Source: Scenedesmus sp. PABB004 (taxonomy: Eukaryota). From it: a DNA stretch of 64,000 nucleotides. The notes under the pieces were generated by a model. It did not search any database. It saw nothing but the letters and a program-made list of their open reading frames with translations, and was not told the origin of the DNA. The translations under genes were made by a program, and so were the position numbers. The DNA is taken from assembly GCA_014905635.1 (NCBI GenBank), contig JABVCE010000009.1:744001-808000 (forward strand). The letters are read 5' to 3'. How positions within the stretch are numbered: position 1 is the first letter of the stretch; the number at the start of each line of letters is the position of its first letter. Of the stretch, positions 46,134 to 57,865 are shown piece after piece.

Positions 46134-49100
46134 CTACGCAGCGGCTCCGCGCCGGCGCGCCTCGCGCCGCGCGGCCGCCTGCTGCAGCCGGTACAGGGCG
46201 CGCGCCGCGCAGCTCGCGCCGGCGCCGCCCGCGAGCTGCACGAGCTCCGTCGCCGCCGCGGTGCTGATGCCCGCCGCGCCCGGCAGCGCCGCGAGCGCGG
46301 CCGTGGCGTGCTCGTCGTCGCCGGGCGTGCCGTCGTACTCGGCGGCCGCGCGGCGCAGCGCGTCGCGCAGCAGGCGCTCCACCTCGCCCGGCGCGAGCGC
46401 CGCCGTGGCGGGGAGGTCGAGCAGCGCGCGCAGCAGCGCGTTGGGGAGGCCCTTCTCCAGTGCGAGACCGAGCAGCGCCGCCAGCGCGGCCGGCTCGAGC
46501 GCCGCCGCGGCGGGGCGGCGCGCGAGGTTGTCGACGCTCGCAAACGCGGCAGGCCCCGCCGACAGCGCGGCGCGGAGCAGCTCCGCGAGCGCGGCGGGCG
46601 GCAGCGCGGCGTCGGGGAGCAGCTCCAGCAGGCGCAGCGCGTCGCCGCAGCCCGTCTCGATCGCCCGCAGCGCGTGGTCGCGCAGCGCGTCATGCGGCAC
46701 GCCCGCCGCGGCGGGGAGGCCCGCGAGCAGCGCGACGCCGTCCGGCAGCCGCAGCGACACCGCGACGCCGAGCAGCCGCGACACCGCGGCGGGCGGCAGC
46801 GCCCGCGCCGGCGCGGGCGCGGGCGCCGCGCCGTGGCCGCCGCCCGCGTCGGCGAGCGACTCCACGCTGCTCGTGTCGAGCTGCTGCAGCGCCGCGAGAA
46901 CGAGGGCCTCGACGCGCTCCGCCGGCAGCTCCGCCGCGGCGGGCTCGAGCCGCCAGAGCAGCGTGTCGACGGCGTCAGCAAACTCCGCCCGTATCGCCGC
47001 GAGCAGCAGGCGCTCGAGCGCGTCCGCGCCCAGCCCGGCCGCGCCGGGCAGGCCGAGCAGCTCCTCGAGCATGCTGCCGCAGCCGACGCGCAGCGCCGCG
47101 ACGACGAGCCGCTCCACGACCGCCGGGCCCAGCTGCGCGGCGGCGGGCAGCCTGCACGCGGCGCGGCGGCGGCGGCGGCGGCGGCGGGGCGGTGGTGAGA
47201 GCTCCCTCCCGGGCTGGCCTGCCGCTCGAGGCCGGCGGCGCGGTGCGGCCCCGGCAGCCAGCGCAGCACCCACCCACGCACCCACCCACCCACCCGCCCA
47301 CCCACCCACCTCACGAGCGCCTCGACCGCAGACTCGTGGTGGAGGCGCACCGCCTGGGCGAGCATGGCCTCCACGCGGCCCGCGCCGATCAGCGCCTCGG
47401 CAAACGGCAGCGACAGCAGCCCCGACAGCGCGCCGAGGTAGTGGTGCCGCTCGGCCGCGGCCAGCAGCCGCTCGAGCTGCGCCGCGCTGCCGCCGCCCGC
47501 GGGCGGCTGCCCGCCCGCCTCCTGGTCTCGCTGCTGCTGCTGCTGCTGCTGCGCCACGTCCTGCTGCCCGCCGCCCTCCAGCGCGCCCTTCTGCTTGCGC
47601 GCCTGCGCCGCCTCCGCCTGCGCCGCCTCTGGCGCCTGCGCCGCCTCCGCCTGCGCCGCCTCCGGCTGCGCCACCCCTGGCTGCGCCGCCTCCGCCTGCG
47701 CCCCTGGCGCCTGCGCGGCCTCCAGCGACGGGCCGACCAGGGCAGACCAGATGCCCGAGCACACGGCGTCGGCCATGTGCATCTCGCACGCGCGGATGAG
47801 CAGCTCCAGCGCGCCGCGCGGCGGGGCGCCGCCGATCGCCGCCGCGCAGCGCAGGAGCGCCGAGGCGGCGTCGTCCAGGCCGTAGTCGATGGCCGTCGCC
47901 AGCAGCTCGCCCAGGACCTCCGGCTGCAGCGCCGCCGCGCCGGGCAGCCCCGCGAGCGCGCCGACCGCGCGCTCGAGCTGCTCCGCCATCGCGCGGCGCA
48001 GCAGGCCGGCGACGTCGCCGCCGCCGACGCCCGCCGCGCCGGGCAGGCCCGCGAGCGCCGACACGGCGGGCTCGTTGCCGGCGGCGATGGCGGCGTGCAT
48101 GAACCGCGCGACGGTCGCCGTCGGCAGCGCCTCCGCGGCGGGGCTCGCGGCGAGCGTCGACGCCAGGTCTGGCATGTTGGTGCTGTCGGCGAGGCACGAC
48201 TCGATGACCGGCGCCAGCACGCCCGCGTCCAGCGGCAGCCGCGCGGCAAGCGTGGGCAGCAGCTGCGCCGCGCGCAGCTGCACCGCCGGCGCGAGCACGC
48301 GCTCCGCCACGCTGGCGGGCACGAGCTGCGCCGCGCGCGGGAGCGCGAGCAGCGCCGCGAGCAGCGGCGGCTCCCCGTCGGCGGGCGCGCCGTCGCCCTC
48401 CTCGTCGAGCGGGTTGGCGGGCGGCAGCCAGTTGACCCCCGGCGACTGCAGCACGACGCAGCGCAGCAGCGACTCGATCGTAGCCGGCCCTGCGGCGGCA
48501 GCCGGGGGTGTCAGGTCAGCCGGCCGCCGGCGCGCGCAGCCAGCCAGCTGCCTGGCTGCTAGCACCCCCCGCCCGCGCGTGCCGCCGCCGCTCGGCCTCA
48601 CCGAGCGCCGCCGCGGCGGGCGCCGCGAGCAGCACGCACGCCGACGTCTGGTCGGCCGCCATCACCGCCGCCTCCAGGACAGGCAGCAGCGCCGACACGG
48701 TGAGGTCCGCCGCGCCGGGCAGGTCCAGCAAGAGGCGCAGGCAGTCGCCGCGGCGCTCGTTGCCCCGCCCCTGCAGCACGCGGGCCAGCAGCGCGGCGAC
48801 GCGTGCCGCCGGCAGCGCCTGCACGCCCGGCAGCCGTGCGAGCGTGCGCGCGAGGTTGAGCGGGCTGGCCGAGTACGGCGAGCACGAGTCGGCCGGGATG
48901 GTCAGCGCGGCCCGCAGCAGGGCCTCGGGCTCGCCCGCCGGCAGCGCGCCGGCCGCCGGCGCCGCCACGAGCAGCCCGAGCGCCGTGTGGTTGCGCGCGC
49001 GCAGCGCGGCCGCCAGCACGCCCGCCAGCGCGTCGCCGTCGAGCTGCGCCGCCGCGCTCGCGTGCCCCGTGACGCTGGCCGGCGCGAGGAGCTCGGTGAC

Positions 49101-50164
49101 GACCGAGTGGCGCCCGATGAGCAGCGCGCTGCCCACGAGGGCCGCCGGCACGCCCAGCGGCAGCGCGCCGGCGGCGGGCAGCGCGCGCAGGCGCGCCACC
49201 ACGGAGCCGTGCCCGCGCAGCACCGCGGTCTGCAGCAGCTCCGAGACGAACGCGGGCGTGAGCCGGGCCTGCGTGGCGGGGTGCGTCCTGCCCTTGCGCG
49301 GCGCGGACACGTGGTCCAGCAGGTGCACCGCCGCCGTGCTGTACGTGGAGTTGGTCGCGAGGTGCAGCAGGCCCTCCACGTTGGCCGGCGCGAGGCTGCG
49401 CAGGCTGTAGCTGGCCTGCGGCGTGGCGCACGGCGCGGCGGCGTGGGCCCCGGCGCTGCCGCCGGGGCGAGCCCCGGCCGGCGAGCGCCGCGCGCGCGCG
49501 CGGCGCGCGGGCGCACCTGCGTGCTGTGCGCGCACACGCTCTCGGCCAGCGGCGGCAGCCCGGTGCGCAGCTTGAGCTGGACCGCGCGGGCGACCCAGGC
49601 CTCAAGTCCAGCGACGCGGCAGCGCGCGGCGCGCACGAGCTGGTCAAAGCTCGGCCGGGCGCCCGCGAGCAGCAGCGCCGTCACGACGTCGGGCGGCACG
49701 TTCGGCACCAGCACCAGCGCGTCCACCGCCGCCGCGGGGAGCGGCGCGCGCGACGACGCGTGCTGCGGCGGCGGAGCGCGGCGCGGGTGGGCGGAGTGGG
49801 CGGAGCGCGGGGCGGGCGGGCGGGCGTGCGGGGCGCGCGGCGCGCGGCAGCAGGGCGGCGCCGCGCCGCTCACCACCGAGAGCAGCCACGCGACGGCCTC
49901 GAGCGTGCGGCGGCGCTGCGCATAACTGTGTGAGTAGCCGCTGCTCGCCGTGGCCGCCAGGTGCACGGCGCTCGGCAGGAGGCGGCAGAGGCTGCCCCGG
50001 ACGAGCGCGTGCACCACCTCGCGCACGTGGGCGCTCACGCACGAGAGCTTGGCGAGCTCCTGCACCGCGTCGCGCGCGAGGACGTCCGCGTTGTCGAGCA
50101 CCACCGCGAGCACGTCCGGCGCGGCCTCGCCGGCGCGCGCGGCGGCGCGGCGCGTCGCCCGCAT
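46134..50164 (-). CDS. Helical (ankyrin-like) repeat protein with a possible N-terminal F-box-like segment
   Basis: Many roughly 36-aa units of the form LxxLPGAAxLxxxxLxxLLxxAI; N-terminal PDVLAVVLDN..LAKLSCVSAHVREVV; about 5 exons. Confidence 0.65.
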
Positions 50165-50636
50165 CGCGCCGGCGGCGGCCGCCACGCCTGGCAGCAGCGG
50201 GAGCGCGGCGGCGCGTGAGCGCGGGCCCCCCGGCTGCCAGGGGCACGCTGCGCCGGCGGCCGCGCGAGACCCCCGGGTCCCCGCTGCTGCAGGGCGCGCC
50301 GGCAGCCAGTGCAGGGCGCGCTGTGGGCCAGGCGGGGCAGGCAATGCGGCCTGCGGGAGCACGCGGGCCGCTCGCAGCGCCCTCGCCCCCGCACCTGCGC
50401 TGATACGCGCCTCCTCCCGGCCGCGCCACGAGGGCTCTGCTGGCTGCGGCTGCTCTCGACGCCGCTGCTGCCGAGCCGAGGGCTGCGCGGAAGGCCGTCG
50501 CGCATGCGGGGTCGCCCGGGCGAGCGGGCGTGCGTATCGGGCCGCGGTCGGGCGGGCGCTTGCGCGCTCTTGGCGGCGGCGGCGGCGAGGTGCGCTTCAC
50601 CGGCGCCGCGCCCCAACGCCGGCCGCCCGCCCGCCA

Positions 50637-51861
50637 TCACCCCTTCTTCTTGCCGCCGGCCGGCGCGGCGAAGAAGGCGCTGATCTTGCGCGTGCCGGCG
50701 GCGTCCTTCTTCAGCTTGGCCGCCGCCGCGGCCGCGCGCGTCTCGGCCGCCTTGCGCCGCGCCGCCTCGGCGGGGTCGAGCCGCGGCCGCTTGTCCGCCG
50801 CGCCGCCCTCGGCCGCGGGCGGCGCGGGGCGCGGCGCGGGCGCGGCGCCCTCTGCTGCGCCGAAGGCGCGCGGGTCGATGCCGTAGCTGCGCAGCAGCGC
50901 CTCGTGCCACGCGGCGCTGAGGTACTCACGGAGAAAGTGCAGCACGTAGCCGCGCCGCTCGTCCGGCCCCAGCCCCGCCACGCTGCCGGGCGACGCGGCC
51001 GCAAACGCCGCGCCCGCCTGCGCGACGCACGCGCGCAGGTGCGCGAGCGCCTGCGCGGGGCGGGCGCGGGCGCGTTGGCGGCAACGCGGCCGGCGTCGCG
51101 GCCGGCGTCGCGGCCGGCGGTGGTGCTAGCTGCTGTCCCTCGCGCTCACCCGCTGGCCGTTCAGGCGGTAGTAGCAGTCGCCGTCGTGGCCCTTGACGTC
51201 GCAGATGGCCGGCAGCGCGCGCCGCGCCAGGCCCAGCAGCTGCTGCGCGCCCGGCCAGCCCTCGCAGCACAGCAGCGACTCCGCCTCCTGGAACACGCCG
51301 CCCGCCTCCGGCTGCGCCTGCAGCAGCGCGAGCAGCACGAACACCACGTTGACCGGCGTGGCCAGGAAGGCGCCGCCGTCTGCGGGCGGCGCGGGGCGCG
51401 GGTTGTGGGCGTGGCGCCGCCGCGCCGGCGGCGCGGCATCTGCGCGCGGCATGCGCGGCTGCTGCCGCGAGCGCGCGCCTGCCACGAACGAGTCGCCGAC
51501 GAGCCAGCAGGATGCGGGGTGCTTCACGCGGTTCACCTCCAGCAGCCGGTCCGCGGCAAGCACATACTGCGCCGCCGCACCTGCGCGCGGCGGCGCGCGC
51601 GAATGCCGCCGCGCGTGAGCGCCGCCGCGCCGAGCTGCGCGGAGTGCCGGGCCCTGGCCGCCCCACACCCGTGGCGGGGTTGGGCAGAGTGAGCAGCGTG
51701 TAGCCGCTGCCCGGCTGCTGCTGGTCGCCCGCGTCGGCGTACGGCGGCGTTGCCGGCTCGCCTGCGGCGGCGGTGGCGCGTCAGGCGGCGCCTCAGGCGG
51801 CGCCGACGCCGGGCGTGCTGCGGCGCCGGCGCGCACCGGTGAGGAGCAGCACGCGCGCCAT
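50637..51861 (-). CDS. RNASEH2B: Ribonuclease H2 subunit B
   Basis: LTLPNPATG..YVLAADRLLEVN..SCWLVGDSFVADGGAFLATPVNVVFVLLALL..ICDVK..YYRLN, and C-terminal PIP-box-like GTRKISAFF. Confidence 0.85.
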
Positions 51862-51888
51862 GCGCGCGCGCCTCCGCTTTTCAAAACA

Positions 51889-51889
51889 C

Positions 51890-51939
<50 letters not shown>
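51889..51939. repeat. (GGC)n microsatellite in the short divergent region between RNASEH2B and the Alfin-like gene
   Basis: About 16 GGC units. Confidence 0.9.
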
Positions 51940-51941
<2 letters not shown>

Positions 51942-52152
51942 GTGGCACGCGGCGGGGGCGTGTGTGTTGGCGTCGGGGGCGTGCCTGGCGGCGAGCTGCC
52001 GCGCGGCCCGTGAGAACAGCGGCCTAGGGCTTGGCCGCGAAGGGGCACGTGCGGCGCGGCCGCGAGCCGCCGCCACTCGCTCTGCGCGGGCCGCGCGGAG
52101 CTCGCCCGTGCGCGGCACGAGGGCCGCGGGACGCCCATGTAGCGTGGCAACG

Positions 52153-53833
52153 ATGGAGTCCTTCCCGCGCTCGCCAAACGAGATTGCGATCGACTACCTC
52201 GCCCGCCGCAGCGGCATCCTGCGCGCCCTGACCGAGGGTGAGCGACGGCGCGTCGCTGAGCTGACCGCCGTCACGCACGGCCGCCGGGGCGGCCTGCGCC
52301 GGGCGCGGCGGCCGGGGGCCCGCATTCGCCAGCCCGCCACCGCGCCCTCAGCGCGCCTCGCCCCGACCCGCCGCGGTCGCACAGAGGTGGAGGACTTCTA
52401 CGCAGCCTGCGACCCGGAGAAGGAGAACCTGTGCCTCTACGGTGCGCCGCGGCGGCGTCTGGCGAGCAGCGCTGGCGACCGCAACCGCCCGCGGCCGCGG
52501 CCCGCGCGCGCCGCCGGCCGACGCCGCTGGCGAGCAGCGACTGCAACCGCCCGCGGCCGCGGCACGCACGCCCCGCCGCCGCCGCCGCCGCCGCAGGTGA
52601 GCGCAGCGGCGGCTGGTCGGTGGAGCTGCCGGCGGAGGAGGTGCCGCCGGAGCTGCCGGAGCCGTGCCTCGGCGTCAACTTTGCGCGCGACGGCATGGCG
52701 CGCAAGGACTGGCTCGCCCTCGTCGCGGTGCACAGCGACGCGTGGCTCATGGCGGTCGCGTTCTTCTACGCGGTCAAGCTCGACGGCGCCGGGCGGTGCG
52801 CCCGCGGCGGCGCGCGGGCTCGCCGCCGCTGCAGCAGCCGCTGCGCCCGCGCCCGCGTCAGCGCGGGGCCGAGGCCCCTGCCCCCTCCCCTCCTTGCGCA
52901 GCGGGCGCGACGGGCGGCCGCCGCCCCCGGCGCCGCGCCCGACGCCGCGCTCGACGCCGCGCCCGCGCCGCCCGCGCAGGCAGCAGCTGTTTGAGGCAAT
53001 CAATGCGCAGCCCACGCTGTTTGAAATCGTGACAGGCCGCGCGCCCAAGGCCAAGGGCGGCGCGGCCGGCGGCGGCGCGGCCAAGCGCAAGCAGGAGGGC
53101 GTCATGGTGCGCCGCGCACCTGGGGCGGGCGGCCAGCCGCGGCAGCGCCGGCGGCCGCCGCCGCCAAGCGGGCGCAGCAGTGGCAGCGCCGACGGCGCCC
53201 GCGGAGGCGGCGGGCTCACCCCCGCGCCGCGCCCGCCGCGCTGCGCGCGCAGCCGGCTGGCTACACCGGCACCGGCTCCGCGAGCGGCTCGCAGCAGCCG
53301 AGCGCCGGCACGCGGCGGCTCGTGCACGGCGACGTCTCGCCGACGCTCATCGGCGCGATGGCAGAGGTGCGAGCAGCTGCAGCAGCACGCCAGCGACCGC
53401 GGCGGCGGGCCGACGGCGCGTGCCTGCTGCGGGCACCGCCGTCGCCACCGTCGCCACCGCCGCCGCCGGCCTCATCGCCGCATGCCGCCACGTGCCGCCG
53501 CAGCTGTTCTGGCCCGACGACGGCCTCTGGTACCCTGTGCGCATCGAACGCCTCGACCTCGGCAGCCGCACGGCCAAGTGAGCTCCGCGCGCCCGGGCCG
53601 CCGGCCGCGCGCGCAGCTGAGCCGCGCCGGCGGGCGCCGCGCGCGGGCCGCCGCCGCCGCGCGCCCTCGCGCACGGCTCCCGGCCCGCCCGCCCGCGCCA
53701 AACGCCGCGCGCCGCGCGCCGCGCCGCGCGCCGCAGGATCGTGTACCTGCCGGGCTTGGAGGAGGAGGAGCTGGACATGGATGACATAATCCGGGACGGC
53801 CACATGGTGCTGCAGCAGGCGCGGGGACACTAG
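52153..53833 (+). CDS. Alfin-like protein (PAL/DUF3594 domain) with a Tudor-like C-terminal domain
   Basis: [84 protein letters not shown]-terminus [35 protein letters not shown]. Confidence 0.9.
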
Positions 53834-54883
53834 CCCCCCGCGCGCGGGCTAGTACTAAAGCTAGCCCCCGCCGCGCCGCGACGCGACGCGGCCCGCGCGC
53901 GCGTGGCGACGGCGGGGGGCCGCGCGCGACGGCGGGGCCGCGCCCGCCGCGCCGGCGGCCCCGCGCATGGGCGCCGGCTGGGGCGGCAGCCATTTTGCCG
54001 CGCGGGGTCGGGGGGGAGCGGGGGCTTGAGCGTGCGGCGTGTGTGTGGGTGTATTCGCGCATGTGTTTTGTCGGTCGCTTGAGCCGCCTCGGCCTCACTT
54101 GCCACGCGCGCGGCGTCGTGCGCAGAGGCGCCGCCGCGCCCCCGCCGCCGGGTGCGGTGCCGCGGCGGGGGCGGGGCGCGCACGCGCTCGGCAGCGACGG
54201 CCGCCGCGCGAGCCGCATTGGCTGGTGGCGGCCCGGCGCGCACTAGGCTTCGTTATGGGCGCGGCTGCGCGCGCGCTGCGCCCACGTGCACGGCCTGGGG
54301 GATTCCTCTTGCCCGCGAGATTCGCGCCGCCTCTTGTTGCTGCGTGGGCGCCGGGGCGCAGTCAGCGATTTAGTCACCGCAGGCCAGCCGCGCTGCGCGG
54401 TTCAGCCGCCGCGCACCAACAAGCTCGCAGTCAACACCCGCTTGTCGCCCCCGCCAGCCGCGAGCGCGCCGATCGCCGCCAACCGCCGCCGCTCCGCAGC
54501 GCCAGCGGCAGCGGCGCCCCCCGTCCGAGCACGCGCCCTTTTCTACGACGGCGCGGCTGCTGAGCACGGAGAGAGGCCGGCGCACGTCTCAGCGGAGCGC
54601 TGTGGAGCCTGGGGGCCTGATCTATTGAGCAGGCAGGGCTGGTGATGCCTGCGGTCTGAGGCAGGAGCCAGGCGAGGCGAGGGTGAGCCGCCTGGCCGCG
54701 GCGGGCGGCGCACGCCTGATCCCGGAGCGCCCGGCGAAGCAACACGCCGGCGCCCGGCGCGGGCGCGGCGCGCGCTGCTGCAGCGGGCCTGCGGAGCGCG
54801 GGGCGGCGCCGGCGCGGGTCGCAGGCCCTCACAGCGCCGCCGCCGGCGCGGCCGCCGCCGCCGGCGCAGGGCGGCGGCAGCGC

Positions 54884-54914
<31 letters not shown>

Positions 54915-54964
54915 AGGCGCAGCACCGCCGCCGCCGCACGCTGCGCCGCGGCGGGTGGGCCGCC

Positions 54965-57535
54965 ATGGCCGCCGGCGGGGGCGTGAAGACGCAGTTCAAG
55001 GTCCCCGAGGGCCGCTACGTGCTGCACAGCGAGCGGACGGCGGGGCTCGTGCCCTTTGCGGCGCGCCGCGCGACGCGGCTCACCGTCGCGTCGCTGCACG
55101 GCGGGGCAGAGGCGGGCATGTACGTGGTCTTCTCCGTCGGCGACCACCTCCACGTCGCGCCCTACGACGCCACCGACAAGGCACGCGGCGGCGGCGGCGT
55201 GTGTGTTTGGGGGGGGGCATGCCGGTGGTGCGCCTGGCTGACCGCGCGCCCCGGCCGCCGCCGCGGTGTGTGTCGCCAGGAGCCGCTCTGCTCGCTCATC
55301 TTCAACCCGTCCGCGGTGCGCGACGGCCACCCCGCGTGCCACGCGTACGCGCCGGCGCGCGACGGCCTGGACCTGGTGGTCGGCATCGCCAACGGCGAGG
55401 GTGCGCCGCGGCGCCCGCGCGGCGGCGGCGGCGGCGGCAGCCGCCCGCCCGCCGCGCCTCGCCCCCCGCCGCCGCGCCTCGCCCGCTGCCGCCGGCGCGC
55501 GCCCACGCCGCTGCCGCCGCCGCCGGCGCAGTGATGCTGCTGTCGCTGCGCGCGCAGCTCGCGGCGCCGGCGGGCAACAGCCGGCCGATCATCGGCGCGA
55601 CGCTCAACGCCGACAACGCGCACGACGCGAGCCGCTGCACCGCGGTGCTGTGGGTCCCGCGCAGCGGCGGGGCGCAGCTCCTCTCCTGCCACACGAGCGG
55701 CTGCATACTGGTGTATAAGAAGGTGCGGGCTGGGCGGCGCCGCCGCCGGCGCAGCGGCGCAGCGCGCGCAGCGCGCGCGTGGGAGGCAGAGGGAGCGGGG
55801 CGGCGCTGCCACGCCCGCGCGACACGCCGCCGCGGCCGCGCGCCGCGCCCGCAGCCGTCCGCGGCCGCGAGCGAGGGCAGCAGCAAGCTGCTGGGGCACC
55901 TCGGCGGCAGCAAGTCGGGCGGCGGCAGCGGCCCGCCGGCGACGCTCACGGTCTCTGGCTGCGGCGGCATCAACGACGCCGCGTTCAGCCCCGACGGCAG
56001 CCGCCTCGCGGTCGCGTGCCGTGACGGCAGCGTGCGCCTGCTCGACTGGCCCACCGGCGCCTGCCTGGGAGGCTATCAGGTGCGGCGCTGTGCCGCTGCT
56101 GCGCGCGCGCCGCGCGCGTCGGCGAGCAGGCACCGGCCGAGGCGGCGGGCGGGCGTGGCGGCCGGCGCGCCCGACGCCGCGCGCGGCGCGCCCGCGCCGG
56201 CAGGGCTACTATGGCGCCGCGCTGTGCGTGGCGTGGAGCCCCGACGCCGCGCTGCTCGCGAGCGGCGGGGAGGATGACCTCGTCACCGTCTTCTCCACGG
56301 CGGAGCGCCAGGTGCGTGCACGCCCACAGCGCCGCGGACGCCCCGCGGCGCCCAGCGCGCCGCCGGCTCGGACCTCGGGCCGGCGCGGCCGGAGCCGCGC
56401 GCGAGCGAGCCGCCGCCGCGGCGCGGGCGCGCAGGTCGTCGCGTTTGGCGAGGGCCACAGCAGCTGGGTGAGCCGCGTGGCGTTCGACCCCCTCAAATGC
56501 GGCAAGACCAGCAGCGGCCCCGCGCTCGGTGCGGGGGCGGCGCTGGGGCGCCGCGGCGGCGGCCGCCGCCGCGCCGCAGCGGCGGCCGCGCCACGCACGG
56601 CCGACCGCGCCGCGCGCCGCTGCTCGCCGCTGGCGCGCAGGCTCGCTGGTGCAGGATGTGTATAGGCTGGGCAGCGTCGGCCAGGACACCGCGCTGTGCC
56701 TGTGGGACCTGCTGATGGAGGAGGAGCCCGGCGGCGCCGCGGCGCCGGGGCAGCCGGGCGGCGGCGGCGGGCTCAAGTGCGCGCCGCACGCGCCGCGCGC
56801 GCCGCGCCCGGCGGCGCCGCGCGGCCGACGCCGCCGCGCGCCCGCCCGCCCGCCCGCCCCGGGCCGGCCGCCGCAGGCGCATCGCGAGCCAGAGCCAGGT
56901 CAACATCCCGACCGTCAGCAGCAGCGCCAACCTCGCGGCTATCCAGCAGCAGCAGGCCGCGGCGGCCGCGGGCGACGGCCCCAGCGGCGGCGCCGGCGCC
57001 GGCGCCGGCGGCCACTCGCGCAGCGCCTCGGACGTGCCGCACGCGCCCACGCCGGCGCTGCACAGCACCGCCAGCGGGCGCACCGGCAGCGGCAACCTGC
57101 TGTCGCTGCTCAAGCACTCGCCGCAGGGCGGCGGCGGCGGCGGCGCGCAGGGCGGCGCCGGCCCGCCCGCGCCCGCGCCGGTCGTGCCGTCGCTGCCGCG
57201 CGCCGAGATGGTCACGCTGCAGCCGGTCATGTCGCACCGGTGAGCGGGGGGCGCTCGCGCGGGCGTGGGCGCGCGCGCGCACGGAGCCGTGCGCGCGCGG
57301 GTCCGGCCGCGCGCCGTCGGCGGCGCGGGCCGTGCTGCGCGCGCCGCCGACCGCGCGCCGCCGGCGCCGCAGCATCCACAACGAGCCGGTGTGCGACCTG
57401 CTCTTCACCGAGGAGGCCATCTTCACCGCCTGCGCGTCGGGGCAGATCAAGACGTGGCTCCGCCCGGGGCTGCTCGGCGACGACGAGGAGGCCGAGGAGG
57501 CCGAGGCGGAGCGCGGCGCCGGCGGCGGCGCGTGA
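54965..57535 (+). CDS. WDR20/DMWD/CreC-like WD40 protein
   Basis: KTQFKVPEGRYVL, INDAAFSPDGSRLAVACRDG, YYGAALCVAWSPD..ASGGEDDLV, GEGHSSWVSRVAFDP and YRLGSVGQDTALCLWDL. Confidence 0.88.
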
Positions 57536-57865
57536 GGCGGCGGCGCCCGCCGCGGCAGCGGCAACGCCCGGGACGTCCAGGCCGCCGCCCTCGAGCGGGC
57601 GCAACGCCCGCGATCGGCGGCGGCGGCGGTGCAGGGGCTCACACTCCGCCGCTGCTGCTCCAACGCCCGCCTGGGCGCACCGCCCTGCCCCCGGCCCGCA
57701 ACCCCACACCCGCCCGCCCTGCGCGCCGCCCAGCGCCCGCGGCGCCTCCCACCGCGCGGCAGCGCCCTTCCGCGCGGCCATCAGAGGCAGCGCCCGCCCT
57801 CCCCAAGGGCCCCCCGCCGGGCTCGCTCCCGTCGCGGCCGCCCCGGGCGCGCCCGGGCCGCCGCC

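Noticed and set aside
44171..48601. 1476-aa ORF read as a single repeat-nuclease fusion
   Set aside because: It chains one exon of the repeat gene, off-frame sequence and the nuclease-like ORF. The repeat gene has its own stop at 46134 and the next ORF its own ATG at 45922.
53831..53870. Short palindromic cluster (CTAGCCC..GGGCTAG, TAGTACTA) after the Alfin-like stop
   Set aside because: Too short to distinguish from chance, and a prokaryote-style terminator is not meaningful in this eukaryotic context.
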